From NCBI RefSeq assembly GCF_009914755.1, contig NC_060930.1: a DNA stretch of 64,000 bases; one strand, given 5' to 3'. Both the position numbers and the translations under genes were made by a program. Source of the stretch: the human T2T-CHM13v2.0 reference genome, Homo sapiens. Below are positions 13,176 through 28,982 of this stretch, piece after piece (position 1 is the stretch's first letter; every line of letters starts with the position of its first letter). The notes beneath the pieces were generated by a model that was not told the origin of the DNA, did no database searches, and was given only the letters and a program-made list of their open reading frames with translations.

Positions 13176-16100
13176 TCACGTGTACCATGCTGTTCATTAT
13201 TCCACAGCAGCTTGATGGTGAAAACAGGTTCTGCTCCCACAACCATGTGGACTTTCATGAATGAGCAGCAGGGCTGCCGTATGTCGAGTACACACACAGC
13301 TGCGAAGTGTGCAGAGGACAGCTCCCCCTGCACCTCCACTGAAATTTGAATTTATGGAAACATGCAGCTTCTGTGTTATCTACTTTTGCAGGAAATTGGA
13401 AAACTAGGACCAAAATCAAGCATACAAAAATTGAGTATTTTAAGCCACTTATCTAGGAGTTTTTGACCAATTATCTGGATTTTTAAAAAATTCTCCCTTC
13501 AATTTTAAATTTCTTAATTGGACATTTATCCAGTTTTCTTACTGAGTAACCTCTATTTCATCTGATAGAAGCAATCCTATTTTATCACATTCAAATAATA
13601 ATGAAATTCAGTGCTTATGCATCAACTATGTCTTATCCTAATACTTGAAAAGATATGTAAACATGCTTTCTGCAAAGAAAGATACGTCTCCATAAAACAG
13701 AATCATTAAGGGCAAAAAAAATGGAAAGTCAGTTAGCCGATTAAATATCAGGCAAGGCATTTTTACTCTTCTTTAATGTATATACAACCCTGAACATTTG
13801 AGATTATTCTATTGTTTAATGATATTGACACACTTATAGAATATAAATCACCTGTCTGAAATCACAGAACTAGTAAATGTCAGAGCTAAAAGACAAATTC
13901 AGATCCAACCCCAAAGATATTTCTAATATGCTGCCCGGACTCTATATTTTATAATCATAAAATACCAAAAGCAAACCACTTATTGACACTAATCCATCTT
14001 CTAACAGTTGCTGGATACTGGCAAGTATATACCTCACGTATGTCTCCTACATGAAATGTAGGAGGTGTGTTTTTATAACACAAATTTGCAAATGTTATCT
14101 GTGAAAATGAAGATTTATATTTTTAAAAGGCAAATAATTTAGTGAATAAGGCAGCTTTATTATTCTAAAAATTAAACTTGATAGAACATCCACATAAACT
14201 TCTAGAAAAGAAAATAAAGTGATAAAAGTTACTCCCCGAAATGTAGTCTATAAAGTTCCAATGCTTGTATTTTCTCTGTAAAGCCCATGTGTGACTCACT
14301 GTTTACATATCATGAAAATGAGAGCATTCTGGGGAAAGACATAACTGGGCAGCACAAATAATGTTTCTGATATAAAACAAAACAAAATAAAAAAATAAGT
14401 AGGCAAGATAAATGTGATCTTTCTTTTTAATAAGCAAACAACAGCACTCCCCAAATACACCTCTCTAAATAGAAAAGCAACCATTTTTCAAAAACCCTGA
14501 TCTGATCTAGACACAAATATTAAGAGGTCTAAGAAATTATCAGTAAATTATATACTGAAATTTTTTTTGGACAGCAGCATAATTGTGTATGTTTGTCTAG
14601 TTTGCTACTGTTCAGCTTCTCACTTTGTTTTTGTCAAAAAAAGAAAGAAGTATGGAAAATAGAGAATGATGATGGTTTGCCTTTAATTTTCATGGAAACT
14701 ATCAAACGGCTCTAGGACATGAAGGTAGAAGTATAAATCCATAGTTTATATAATAAATATCATTTTATTTAATTAAATTCCCACTCCTTTTTCTAAGGAC
14801 ATTAAAACAATGATTAAAAAAAAAAAGATTAGAAGATTTCCTACTCTGTACTTCCACTTGTTATAAGTATTAATTTGTCAAAATGGATTTAAAGATTGCC
14901 TGATTCTTGAACGTCCTTATTAAGGTTTTCAAAACACATTTTGAGCCCAAGAACTTACAGTACAGTTTAGTGTCTTCCATGCTAAAATCCTTCTTTCTTG
15001 AATATCCTGCAACATATCTGCATGTCTCCCTCTTCTTGCTTTGTGTCCCTCAGCCAGGCAAAGACCAAATATCAGTGAAGGGGCCGTTTAATCATGCTAA
15101 CTATTATCTCTCACACAGCTTGAGGTAGCTCAAGAGGAGAGCAAAGGGTGGTGAGACATACAACTCGACAGCCACTGTTTTTAAACAGTAACCGTGTTCA
15201 CTGAACCAAGCAAAAACTGGGAAATGCTTCTGTTCAAAAAAGCCAGTGAAGCTCAAATGGCTATGGGCTGGGAGTAGGGGAGGCTTTTCCTGGTTAAGAA
15301 ATGGTTGCTAAACATCAGCTCGGTCTCAGGGATTCAAACTCAGAGGCCCCAAACAGAATGCACATTAAACATACATTAAAAACTTAGCTGTTTACCAAAA
15401 TCATCTAAACATTACATACTATTTCTCCAGACTGTCTGTCTTTGGGCTTCCTGATGCATTAACAGTGACATTTAAAACCCTGAAGGTTATGGCTGATTTT
15501 GTTTCCATACTAAAAGCATCTGAAAAAGGCGATCATTTAAAATCAGTCAGGCAGAGTGGCCTCTGTTCTCCCTTCACTGCTGAGAACAGACATGGAGTCA
15601 CTGAGAAAGTGTATGGAATGACATTTAGGTGCCCTGTTCAGAAAGTCCAAAAACTTGACTTGCTTTAGTAAGTTCTGAATAATTCTGAAGGCTTTCCCAG
15701 GGGAGAAGAAGAACTAGTGAATTTAAATGCTAAAGTTTTAGAAGTTATTTCTATATATGTTAAATATTGGTCCTCAGAGTTTATCATTTTTTAGTCAGTG
15801 ATATATTGCATTGTAAACTGTGAACTCAACATGTCTACCACACTTTTGACTTGGGATTATCTTTAGAAGGGCTTTTTGTTTAGGGTCATAGAGTGGGAAC
15901 CGAGGAGAAAGGATCAGGTTAAAACCTTGCCTTGCCCTCACAGCATTTAAAAACATGTGACTTGGGGGCCAGAACACTTTGATTACAACCAATTAACTTA
16001 ATGAGTTTGGGTGAGCAGTGGGCCCAATGTGAAAAGGAAAACACAATTTTTAGAAGAAAATAAAACCTGCCAAGCCCCTCTGAACTAGCCCCTTTGAGCA

Positions 16101-16469
16101 GTTGGACCTGACCCAATAAAGAGATTGGCCACTCATGGTTTCTAAGACGCGTGAGGGTCAAGTGTGGGCACTGGACTTGGCAACTAACCTTGTTAATACC
16201 CTTGGAACTACCGACTCCTTAGGAGGAGCCAGTGGAGTGCCCCTTCTAGCCCAGCACCACCCCTACAGCCCCAGAGACCCAGCATCAGAGCGTGTGACCA
16301 CCACTCCCCACCCACTCCATTTTCAAAAGTAGCCTATATAGACATGGGCAACACCTTGCGTGCATGGCTCCTTACCTTGGTACTACTGACTTTTTTTTTC
16401 TTTTTATCCTTCTTATGGTACTGATCCTGACATTATAGACTGGATAATTCTTTGTTGTGGGTGGCAGCT

Positions 16470-16635
16470 GAAATTTATTGATCATCTATTATGTGTCAGA
16501 TATTATTTTAAGGGCTTTTACACATATGAACTGGTCTAATCTCACAACAACCCTATTATGACGCCAGTTTTACAGATGAGGAAACTCTGAGATGCAGAAG
16601 AACTGCTGAAGATGTTAAGTGGCAGACTCTTCATC
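16470..16635 (-). mobile_element. MIR
   Basis: ctcacaacaaccctat...ttttacagatgaggaaactctgag. Confidence 0.75.
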
Positions 16636-16641
16636 CCGATA

Positions 16642-16986
16642 CAGATGCTGCTCGACTTACAATGGGGTTATGTCCTGATAAGCCCATTATAAGTTAAAAA
16701 TATCATAAGTTGAAAAAGCATTTAATACACCTACTGAATATCATAGCTTAGCCTAGCCTACCTTAAATGTGCTAAGAACACTGACATTAGGCTATAGTTG
16801 GCAAAACCATCTAACACAAAGCTTATTTTGTAATACAGTGTTGAATATCTCATGTAATTTATTTAATACTGTACCCAAAGTGAGAAACAGAATTGTTGTA
16901 TGGGTACTCAAAGTGTGTTTTCTACTGAATGCATATGGCTTTCACACCATCATAAAGCTGAAAACTCTTAAGTCGGGACCTGGCTG
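16642..16986 (+). mobile_element. MER47A (TcMar-Tigger)
   Basis: TA|cagatgctgctcgacttacaatggggtta...catagcttagcctagcctaccttaaa...taagtcgggacc. Confidence 0.9.
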
Positions 16987-17436
16987 CACTATGTTCTGCT
17001 GCAGCATCTACCCTCCCTCTAAGTAAGGAGGTGACTTCTCACTTCCGAGCAACAAAGACATTCAGGCCAGTGCTGCCTGCTGATGGGAAATGACTGGTAC
17101 CACAAGGACAGAAGAAAGGCAGGGAAAGACAGAGGACATTGTGTGGAGACAGTGCACCACTCTTCCCTTAGCAAAAACAGTTTTTTGTTGTTTTTTTTTT
17201 TAACTAAATGGTGGTGAATTCATCCAGAAAAACAGCTGAATGACAACAAGAGAGAAAAGAGAATAAAGGTTTTTGTATACGACAAGTGGCTCAAGCCAAT
17301 TTCTCTGTCCCAGTGCATGGAGCAGTGGGTACTATCAATTATGTATCATCTTAAACTGTACACTGCACAGCCACTGTCATAGAAAGAGGCATGATCCTAA
17401 ATCCACACATCATTCTTGGTATTTTCTCAAGACTAA

Positions 17437-17907
<471 letters not shown>

Positions 17908-18521
17908 TAGCAAAACTACATCAGTGCTGGATACTGGCAGATGGATAAAGCCCAAACTGATAGCTTACAATTTAATGTAAAGAAATGGAAATCAAGGGGA
18001 AATAAAAATTTGTTCAAGTCAAGATCACACAATAATCCCTAACAAATGTAAAATACAATAAACATTTTGTAATGGGAGTTGGTGAATTATAAACTTGACT
18101 ACAGAGGAGTTCAGGGAGAACTCTGAGGGTCCACGTCCTCCCCTTTTGTGCATGGATTCATTTCCTGTTCACTGCCTACCTGCTTTCTTCAGAGTCGTTC
18201 TAACCCTGCTCTCTAGTCAAGTTCATGATTCAACAGCTCTTTCCTCCATTCTTGTCTATGCTGCCACCCTCGAAACTGAAGAAAGCCTTGTCTTGCCCCG
18301 CTAACATGTGGAGGCCCTTCCCATCCTTTCCGATTCTCTCATCAAATCTGCAATCTGACACCTTGCTCTGCTTTGTTCTTTCTTCTTTCCTGTTTCTCCC
18401 TCTTAACTTTTGGCTACTAAGAGAGAAACTGGTTTTTGTAAAACGGGAACTCTGAAGTTGCAGCAAGAATTCCATGAGGTTATGAAATATCTAGTAGCAG
18501 TCCTGCTTATTGTTTCCTCCC

Positions 18522-18828
18522 CAGCTTTCTGAAGTATAATTGGCAAATAAAAATTGTATATATTTAGGGTGTACAACATAATGGTGTGCTCTACATACAC
18601 ACTGTGAAATGATTACCACAATCGAGTTAATTAACACTTCCATCACCTCCCATAGTTATCATTTTGTGTGTGTGGTAAGAACACAAGATCTACTCTCTTA
18701 GCAAATTCAAAGTATACGATATAGCATTGTTAATGATAGTTACCATGCTGCACATTAGGTCTCCAGAATTTAGTCATCCTGCCTGAGATTTTGTACCCTT
18801 TGGCCAATATCTCATTTTCCCCACCCTC
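18522..18828 (-). mobile_element. L1MA9-like 3' end
   Basis: gtataattggcaaataaaaattgtatatatttagggtgtacaac...atctactctcttagcaaatt. Confidence 0.85.
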
Positions 18829-21609
18829 CTCTGCTTGCTTTCAACAAAGCTTTATTCCACAAAGAATTGTGTCCTTCTGCATTCTTTTGTATTCCTTAGA
18901 ACACATCAGAGGTGGGAGGAGTAAAAGGGGTGTGTGTGCGTTTTCGTGTGTGTGTGATAGTGAATGTATAAATGAAAAGATGAAGATCTAGTTGTTCTAC
19001 CAGATAACTGAAAGCATATGGATAGGCTAAGCACTTCCTCTGAAAAAAAAAATTGCACTTACAGTGTATTCTCATTATTTACAAGAATTTAAATGTTTTT
19101 TCCTTGCAGAGTTTCACATATTTTACACTAGAATCATATATACTAAATTTCATTATCATCATTATCAAAATGGTACAGTTTAAACTCTTGGTGTTTGGTA
19201 GAATTGCGTTTATCTAACATAAATGCTGGGGAGCTTGGCTATTGTTATTTTAACAGGCAAATGCTGAGAAACATTTCACTTATATTTTATTTATGGTTAT
19301 AGAAAAGTAAAAGCAGAGATTCATTTTATAAAGAAGTTTGTGCTTTTTTTGCTGAAAAATTGAAAAGCTAAAAGCACACATACAATATACATTATTAAAG
19401 GACCCAGTTCACCCAGTCTATTATTTGATGCAAGCTGGTTTTGATCATGGTGGGTCTTACTTGAACACACCTGAATTGTTCCAAATCCCAATGACAACCC
19501 AGGGGTACTGCAGCACATCACTTGCTCTGGACTCCCTTCTTAATCGTAGTTCTTTATTTGCCATTGCTTTTGTGTTTGAAAAGTAGTAAGTGGAGCTTTG
19601 GGAGGGTTTTTGTTTGTTTTCAACATTTACAATCTAATCTGGCACTCGGGTTTTACTTTCCTTTTCAACAGTTATCTTATTCTCTTTTCTTTTTCCTTTA
19701 GAGAGTCTCTAGAGGACACACTTTTCAAGATGCTGGAAAAGGAAGTTGCTGGGGGTTTTTTTAGCCCAAGTTATATAGTACCTTGGACAGTGACAAAAGC
19801 TACCCATGCTGTTTATTTAGGAGACACTCACTAAATAAAGATTCAGTTACAAACGTACCCCGCATATGACTGTTTCCCAAAATCTGCATTTACATTACCC
19901 TGGAATCTTGCACGCGGTCCTTGAATTGCAGAACCATCTACACTTCACAAAAGCAGACAAAACTATAACAAAAGATACTTTTATTTTCTATATTAATACT
20001 TTTCTACTCTGCCTATAATCAAGGCTTCCCACTCTTCTTCCTACCCTTACTACAGGCATATCACCAGCTATGACTGGCTTTCCTGTGGCACTTGTGAGAC
20101 TGATGCTGGTTTAGGGATAATTACAATGAAGTCACTTTTAAATATTTATGATTGAAGCGAAAGTTCTTATGGAACATTTCAGCAAAATCAGGTTGCCCAG
20201 TCTAGATTATTGGGGCTGAAATCCAGTAAGAGTCAAATGCTAGACTCTTTCTAGCAAGAGTCAATTGCTAGCAAGAGTCAATTGATTCTTTCAATGGAAA
20301 TAATTTCTGCCAAAATACTATTTCTCAACCATTTTTTTGCAACAGCTCAAAGATTCAATTGTCCCCTTTCACATGGGAAACTTGTAGTGAAATATTGTCT
20401 GAACTCACTACCTTTTCCTGTCAATTCCTACAAATTAATTACAATGTATTTCAGAGAGGATTTCACTGATACAGAGGATTAATGGGAGAGCCTGACAGCT
20501 GGAGTCCTATGTTAGGTTAGAAATTAAAATAAGGAACTTGACCTACTTTCAAAAGGGACATTTGTTAATTTCCTTAAAACAAACCAATGTAATCTTTCAG
20601 TTATTTGCCTTCAGAATATGGGGCTAAAATACCTATGTTATCATAGGGAACAAAAACACATTATCCATATGTGTAAGAAACTCTTGTACAAAATATCTTT
20701 GACTTTAAAAAACACATATAATTTGATGTTTCCTTTTTGGTATATCCCAGGCTATGAACATTCACTCATTGCTCCCAACCACTAGCCCTAGACAATACAC
20801 TCTCCTCAGTGAGTAGCAGCCAGTAATGCCACAATGAAACTGGGGAATAGATGGAAGGAAAAAAGTCAAGTCTAATATACCCAAAAGAAGAAATTCTTCT
20901 CTTATAACCTAATTTGCATACAGCCTACTTGACATATTGGGCAAACAGTCTAGGCTTAAACCAGCATTACCACTTTGCTTCCAGCTTTAGCCTACCAACT
21001 CATTCCTATAACTTGTCAGATTAGTCTCCCTAAAAAAAAAATAAATAAAAATAAAAAAATTAAAAAAACAGCTCAAGTAGCTCATCATTCCCCTGCTCAA
21101 ATCATATCTTCCAAGTGCCCACTAAATCCAGGTCACTGCAATTTCTTTCCATCTACTTTTCAAGAATTATTCCCATTCCCAGATATCCCATGGTTTTACA
21201 GAATGGATGCACTTGCTATTCCTTTAATATGCCTCATGATTTCCTTCTCTATTTCCTTCTTTCATGCTGGCTCTTCTTTCCACCTGAAATGTCTCTTCAA
21301 TCACCTCTGTTAAATCTTCCAAACACATCAAGAGCCAAGGCACATGCCCTCACCCTCTCTAAAGTACATCTCAATTCTCCCAAACAGAAGTGCTCGTCTT
21401 CTCTCTATAGAAACCAAAAACACATTGATTAACCTTCTCTAACAGCATTACTGCAGGAGGAGAGGGTTATCAGACTCATCTGTTTAGTCCCTGAAAGGCT
21501 TTGTGTATAGCTCAAGAAACACCCTAAACTGCAATGGCCTACCCTCCAGTATGAGTCAATTCCAGTGGCACTGGGATATAATAACAAGCTGCAATCTCAA
21601 AGTTCAGAC

Positions 21610-21990
21610 ATAACTGCTATAAATATTTTAGTATCTGTTCTTGTAGATTTTTTGAAGTATAAATATGTACATGTGTATAATATGAAAATGGGATCTTCCA
21701 TGTAACACTATTTTAGAATCTGTTTGACATCTGACATCTTCCATGTAAAAAGTATGTTTCTAAAATGCCTTTATTAATGGCTGTATAATATTGAATCATA
21801 GGGAAGCACTAACTTATGTAGCAGATTCCCAAAATTAGACTGTTTCCAATTTTTCAATATTATAAAGCAAGGCTGCCTATAGAGTTGTACAAACTTTATC
21901 AATGTCTGAAGGGTAAATTCCTCAAGAGGAATTGCTAAATCTTTGGTTACGAACATTTAAAAAGAATAGTGATATATTTTGCCAAAGAGA
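21610..21990 (-). mobile_element. L1ME-like fragment
   Basis: aatggctgtataatatt...tgtttccaatttttcaatattataaa...ggtaaattcctcaagaggaattgct. Confidence 0.65.
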
Positions 21991-22019
21991 ACCCTTATTG
22001 CTTCATCCTGATTGATGGT

Positions 22020-22710
22020 GGTGATTCATTTACTAGTGTCTCTCATTTACCAAATGCCTGCTGTGTTCCAGGAGCTGTTCTTCAAGACGCTTACATCCAC
22101 TGGATGAAGACAGATAATATATGAGAGAACAGGTTAATAAATCAGATCAATATTATGAAAAAACAATATTGGGGGTGGGAGGAGGAGATGTTTGTGGGGG
22201 TGGTCAGGGAGGGCCTCTCTGAGGAAGTAGCAGTACAGGTTAAGGAGGACCCAGTAATTCCAAAAGCCAAGAAATGAGTGCTTCAGATAGAGGGATGAGT
22301 AAGGGCAAAGACCCTGAGGCCAGAGTGAAAATGAATATTAAGAGGGTAGAAAGAAAGTCACTCTGGGTTAAAAAGTGGTGAGAAAGAACAAATGCAGGGA
22401 ATTGTAGTTCATATTAAAAATTTTATATTAACACCAATGGGAAACCTTTGGCAGGTAAAAAGCTTTAAGGAGAAGAGTGCCAAAATCTGTCCTATTAGTC
22501 TAAAAGGTGACTCTGGTTGCTGTGTAGAGACTGACTAGAAGTCAGGGTGTACACGGCAGGGGCGAGTGTAGAGCAGTGAGCCCAGTTCAGTCACTGATAT
22601 CATAATCTGAGGAGAGAGCAGATGACGTCTGGACCAGAAATGGACATAAGTAGACAACTGTGATATACTTTGGAGGTAGTGCCAACAGCGTTTTTTAATG
22701 GATTGGATGA
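22020..22710 (-). mobile_element. L2 fragment
   Basis: ggtcagggagggcctctctgaggaagt...gggcaaagaccctgaggc...ctctggttgctgtgtagaga. Confidence 0.8.
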
Positions 22711-22919
22711 CACCTGGCAGTTGGCTGAGTACTACTACAACAGAGCGGCCTCAGCGCCAAACAAGTGTGAGGAAAAGAATCAAGAAAGAAAAGAAGATGC
22801 ATCAAAAAGGTAAAATCTGTGACAATGTGATAGACAAAGATGTAATCACACTGTTTCTCTATATTTTATGTAGTTTATTCTATAAATATTGTCTTCTATG
22901 CTGCATGTCAATCTAAAAC

Positions 22920-23216
<297 letters not shown>

Positions 23217-24482
23217 TAAAATTTTTATAATTACTTTCCATGACAATAAAAGCTCTTCATAGATGTACCAAATATGCTAAGTATGTTGGCCTTCTGCACA
23301 TTCAAGTTATTTCAATTTTTACTATGACTTTATACATAAAGCTTTAACTGCAGATTAGATTGTAAGGGGAATTAGTAGGTCAAAAGTAGGAATAGCTTTA
23401 GGGCTTTAATACCTAGCACCCAAAATAATTTCCTGACAGGTTTTACCAATTTACTCTCTTACCAACACTGTAGGTGAGTTATTATCTAAATGTATTGCAT
23501 ATTCTCATTAAAAGCAAACATAAATCTTGGTATAGCATTTATAAAAGGTCATGAACATAAATTATATAATTGAACATACAGGAGAATTAGCATTTTTGGA
23601 GAATATATTATCATTTTAATACAAATTTTGCCAGTAGTACTGTAGATTCTCTAACAAAGGCATTTCTACTGAAAATAGTTATATAAACTCTCAGATTACA
23701 GCTCTTACTATGAACTACTGAGAGCAGATCAGCCTTCTTGATGTGTTGTTGATCTTTAAACTTTCTTTGAAATATAATAAACATACTGCTAAACAACATC
23801 ATGTTCAACCTCCTGTGATTTAAATAATCTGCTACAAAGTTAATATGCCAGAATTTTATTATCAAAAATTATAATTAGTTATGAAAGGTGTATGAGAAGG
23901 TTGGTTTACTTTTTATTTTTTTTTAGGATGGAGCAATCCTTTACTTTTATATGCTTTGATAAAGAGGTTTTCAATACACCATCTTCCCAATGGAGAAGAG
24001 AGAACATGAAAATCAGCCTCTAGCCATCATCAGCAGCTCTGCTCGGGGCCTAAGATCCTCCTTGCGCATGTGGCAATGAAGGGGTATACTTCCCTTCCTT
24101 TATGAGCGCAGCCTGCTGCTTCTTGATGATACTTATGTTTCATCATTTTCTGTTGAAACATACATTCTATGAAACCATCAAATTGTATCTTGTACTCTTT
24201 CTCTGCCTAGATACTACCAATTCCACTTATACATTCTTTTTTGAAAGCATAGCATTAAGCAGAAAGCTCGTGGGGCAATTCAGCATGGATTGTCATCCAA
24301 TGATCTTTGTTATGGTCCAGTCTTTTCTGCACATCAAAGAAATGTAAGGTGTCCCACACAGTGCCCTTGTCTCCTCCCTAGCCTGGTTTAATTTACTTGA
24401 GTGTGCACTATGCAAAGGGATCCTGCTTTGCTTCTGACAGTAGGGCCCATGTAACATGGGGCCTGTCATTTATTCTCAAGAG

Positions 24483-24578
24483 CTGTGCTGTCCAGTAGGG
24501 TAGCCTCCAGCCACATGTGCCTATTTAAATTTAAATTAATTAAAAATTCAGTTTCTTAGTTGCAGTAGCCACAGTTTA
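24483..24578 (-). mobile_element. MER3-like hAT-Charlie fragment
   Basis: ctgtgctgtccagtagggtagcctccagccacatgtgcctatttaaatttaaatt. Confidence 0.75.
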
Positions 24579-24984
24579 GATAATTTCTAAAGTACCTTCT
24601 AGAACTAAATTCTAATGATTTTTGTGGCTTTGAAGTTCCTTTTAAGGTGCTTTCTCTGAAAACTTTATAAAAATATAACTTCAAACATTTTAACTCATTA
24701 ATAGAATTTCAAAAATGAAAGCTTCTTTAAGATCATCTTCATTTATTTCCTAATATTTAACATAGAAAAAGTTGGAATAGAGGATATAAGAGATTTGTTC
24801 AAGTTCGTATGACTAATGAATGGATGAGCAGAACCAGAACATACAATTCATAATCTATCACACCTGCTCCAGGAATTCCACTGTGTAAGAGAAAAGGAAT
24901 CAGTTACATTAAAAGCAAAGACCAGTGAGTGTATGCATACATTTTAGGTGTGTATGTGTATGTATACATGTGTGTGTATATATA

Positions 24985-25677
24985 TACAAATCTGAGACAA
25001 TTTGAGCATCAAAATATGTAATTAGCAAAAAGAATTATAACTCATAGAATAAATATTCACAAGTCTACACTGATATAAACAAGAGAGAAGTTAGACCTCT
25101 TCTTTATGGTAGAAAGCCAACTAATAAATGTGGAAGGAATTAATTTTTAAAAATCACTATTTGGCAACCAATACAAATACTAATTGATCCAGGCAAGAAT
25201 CACTGAGGCTAAAGTTAATGGATGAATATATAAGAAAGAAGAGAATATTTACATGGTTTCAAAATAATTCCTCATAAGATACTTACTAACTGAAAAGGAA
25301 AAATTGGTAACCTGATAGTGGAGAAACTTAGCAGATACCACCTCAAACACGTGATGGAGGTTAAAGCTGGAACAAATCAACATGTGCCTCCTGATACGAT
25401 ACATGGAGAACAAAACATCACTTCTGCGGCATTCAGGCGAAAAATATATTACCTCAGTCTAATCATAAGGAAATATCAGGCAAATCCAAATTGAGAGACA
25501 TCCTACAAAACAACTGCCCTTGAATGCTTCAAAAATGTAATATCATGAACTACAAAGACAGAGAGGAAGTGATAAAGATTAAAGAGACAAAATAGCACAA
25601 TACATAATCTTGATTTTCATTTGTTAGAAAAGATATTGGGACAAATGATGAAATCTTTATAAAGTCTATAGATTAGA
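24985..25677 (+). mobile_element. L1MC4-like 3'UTR (resumes at ~30120-30240)
   Basis: gccaactaataaatgtggaaggaat...gtggagaaacttagcagataccacct...caaatccaaattgagagacatcctacaaaa. Confidence 0.75.
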
Positions 25678-26497
25678 CAATGGAAACCCCCAAAAGAGGA
25701 GTAACTAAACTTATATCAGACAAAAACAGACTTCAAGGCAAAAACTATAAAAAGAGACAAAGAAGGTCATTATTTAATGATAAAGGAGTGAATTCATTAA
25801 TTGCAGATATAACAACTGCAAATATATAGGCACCCAATACTGGAGCACTCAGAAATATAAAGCAAATGTTAGAGCTAAAGAGAGAGAATGACACCATTAC
25901 AGTAATAGCTGGACACTTCAACACCACAATTTCAGCACTGGACAGATCATTCAGACAGAAAATCAACAAACATCACACTCAATCTGCACTATAGATCAAA
26001 TTGATCTAATAGGTATTTATAGGACATTTCATCCTACGGCTGCAGAATACACATTCTTCTCCTCAGCACATGGATCATTCTCAAGGTTGGAACATATGTT
26101 AGGCCACAAAACAAGTATTTTAAAATTCAAAAATAATTAAATAATATCAAGGACCTTCTCTGATCACAATAGAATAAAACTAGAAACCAATAGCAAGAAG
26201 AATTTTGAAAACTACACAAATGCATGGAAATTAAACAATATGCTCTTGAATGACCAGTGGGTCAATGAACTAACAAATTTCTTGTAACAAATGAAAATGC
26301 AAACACATTATACCAAAACCTATAGGATACAGTGAAAACTATAAAAGGAAAGTTTATAGCACTAAGTGCCTACATCAAAAAAGCTGAAAAACTTCAAATA
26401 AGTAACCTAACAACATTGTACAGAACAAGAATAGCAAGAGCAAACCAAACACAAGATTAATAGAAGAAAAGAAATTAGGGCATAAATAAATAAAATT

Positions 26498-26655
26498 GGC
26501 CAGGTGTGGTGGCTCAGGCCTGTAATCCCACCATTTTCGGAGGCCAAGGTGGGAGGATGGCTTGAGGCCAGGAGTTCAAGACCAGCCTGGGCAAGACAGC
26601 AAGACCCTGTCTGTACCAAAAAACAAAAACAAAAACAAACAAAAAAACAAACCAA
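26498..26655 (+). mobile_element. FLAM_C-like or AluJ left monomer in L1
   Basis: Single monomer followed by a (CAAAAA)-type tail. Confidence 0.85.
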
Positions 26656-27176
26656 ACAAAAAGAGAAACATAACTTCTTTAAAAAAATACAAAAGATTAA
26701 CAAAATGAAGCACTGGTTTTTTGAAAAGATAAACAAAATCAACAAAACATTAGCCAGAACAACTAAGAAAAAAAGAGACATAATCCAGATAAAATCAGAA
26801 ATGAAAAAGGAGGCATTACAACCAATATTGCAGAAATTCAAAGGATCATTAGAGGCTACTATGAGCAACTATATACCAATAATATACCTAGAAGAAATGG
26901 ATAAATTCCTAGACACACAAATCTACCAAAGTTGAACCATGAGGAAATCCAAAACCTGAACAGACCAATAACAAGTAATGAGATCAAAGTAATAATAAAA
27001 AGTTTCCCAGCAAAGAAAAGCAAAGGACTCCATGGCTTTACTGCTGAATTTTACTAAATATTTAAAGAAGAACTAATGCTAATCCTACTCAAATTTTTTC
27101 CAGAAAAAAAAGTGGAGGAGGGAGTACTTCCAAAGTCATTCTAAGAGGCATGATACCAAAATCAAACAGACACATC

Positions 27177-27270
27177 AAAAAAAAAAAAAAAAGAAAGAAA
27201 GAAAAGAAAAAGAAGGAAATGAAGAAAGAAAGAAAGAAAAAGAAAAAAGAAAAGAAAAGAAAGAAAACAA
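27177..27270. repeat. A/GAAA-rich low-complexity tract inside L1
   Basis: A-run followed by GAAA/GAAAA units. Confidence 0.9.
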
Positions 27271-28605
27271 ACTACAGGCCAAGATCCCTGATGAGCACTG
27301 ATACCAAAATCCTCAACATAATACTAGCAAACCAAATTCAATAACACATTAAAAAGATCATTCATCACGACCCAGTGGGATTTATCCCAGGAATGAAAGG
27401 ATGGTTCAACATCGCAAACTCAACGTGATACATCATATCAACAAAATAAAAAACCACATAATTATTTCAAGTGATGCTGAAAAAGCATTTGATAAAGGTC
27501 AACATCCTTTCATGATAAAAATCCTAAAAAACTGGGAATAGAAGAAACATACCTTAACATAATAAAAGCCATATATGACAGACTCACAGCTAGTATCATA
27601 TTGAATGAGGAAAAACTGAAAGCCTTTCCTTTAAGATCTGGAAAAAGACAAGAATGTCCACTTTCACCACTGTCATTCAACATAGTACTGGAAATCCTAG
27701 CTAGAGTAATCAGACAAGAGAAAGAAATAAAGTGCATCCAAATTGGAAAGGAAGAAGTCAAATTATTCTTGTTTGCAGATGATATGACCTCATATTTGGA
27801 GAAGCCTAAAGACGTTACCAAAATACTATTATAACTGATAAACAAATTTAGTAAAGTTGCAGGATACAAAATCAAACATACAAAAATCAGTAGCATTTCC
27901 ATACACCAACAGCAAACAGTCAAAATCAAGAAAGTAATCCCATTTACAATAGCTACAAATAAAATACCCAGAAATAAACTTAACCAAAAAAGTGAAAGAT
28001 ATCTTCAAGTAAAACTGTAAAACACTGATGCCAGAAATCGAAGGGGACACACAAAAAAAGAAAGATTGGAAAGATGTTCATAAATATGAAAAATCAATAT
28101 TGTTAAAATGTTAGAATGTCCATAGTGCCCAGATTCAATGCAATTCCTATCAAAATACCAATGACATTCTTCACAGAAATAGAAAAACAATCCTAAAATT
28201 TATTTGGAACCACAAAAGACCCCAATAACCAAAGCTATCCTAAGCAAAAAGAACAAAATTAGAGGAATCACATTACTTGACTTCAAATTATACTGCAGAG
28301 TCATAGTAACCAAAATAGCATGGTACTGGCATAAAAACAGACACACAGAACAATGGAACAGAATAGATAACCCAATAATGAATCCATACATCTACAGTAA
28401 ATGCATTTTCAACAAAGTTGCCAAGAACATAAACTGGCAAAAGGACTGTCTCTTCAATAAATGGTGCTGGGAAAATTGGATATCCATATGCAGAAGAATG
28501 AAACTAGATCTCTATCTCTTGCCATATACAAAAATCAAATCAAAATGTATTAAATTCTTACATCTAACACTTCAAACTATGAAACTACTAAAAGAAAATA
28601 TTGGG

Positions 28606-28982
<377 letters not shown>

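Noticed and set aside
14300-14328. Minus-strand 29-nt microexon-like segment (ctttccccag|...ACA|gtgagt)
   Set aside because: Good-looking splice sites, but not frame-preserving and no recognisable peptide; unsupported without transcript data.
24123-24181. Hairpin tatgtttca...tgaaacata with outer ttgatg/catcaa
   Set aside because: Stem too short and asymmetric for a pre-miRNA; AT-rich chance pairing.
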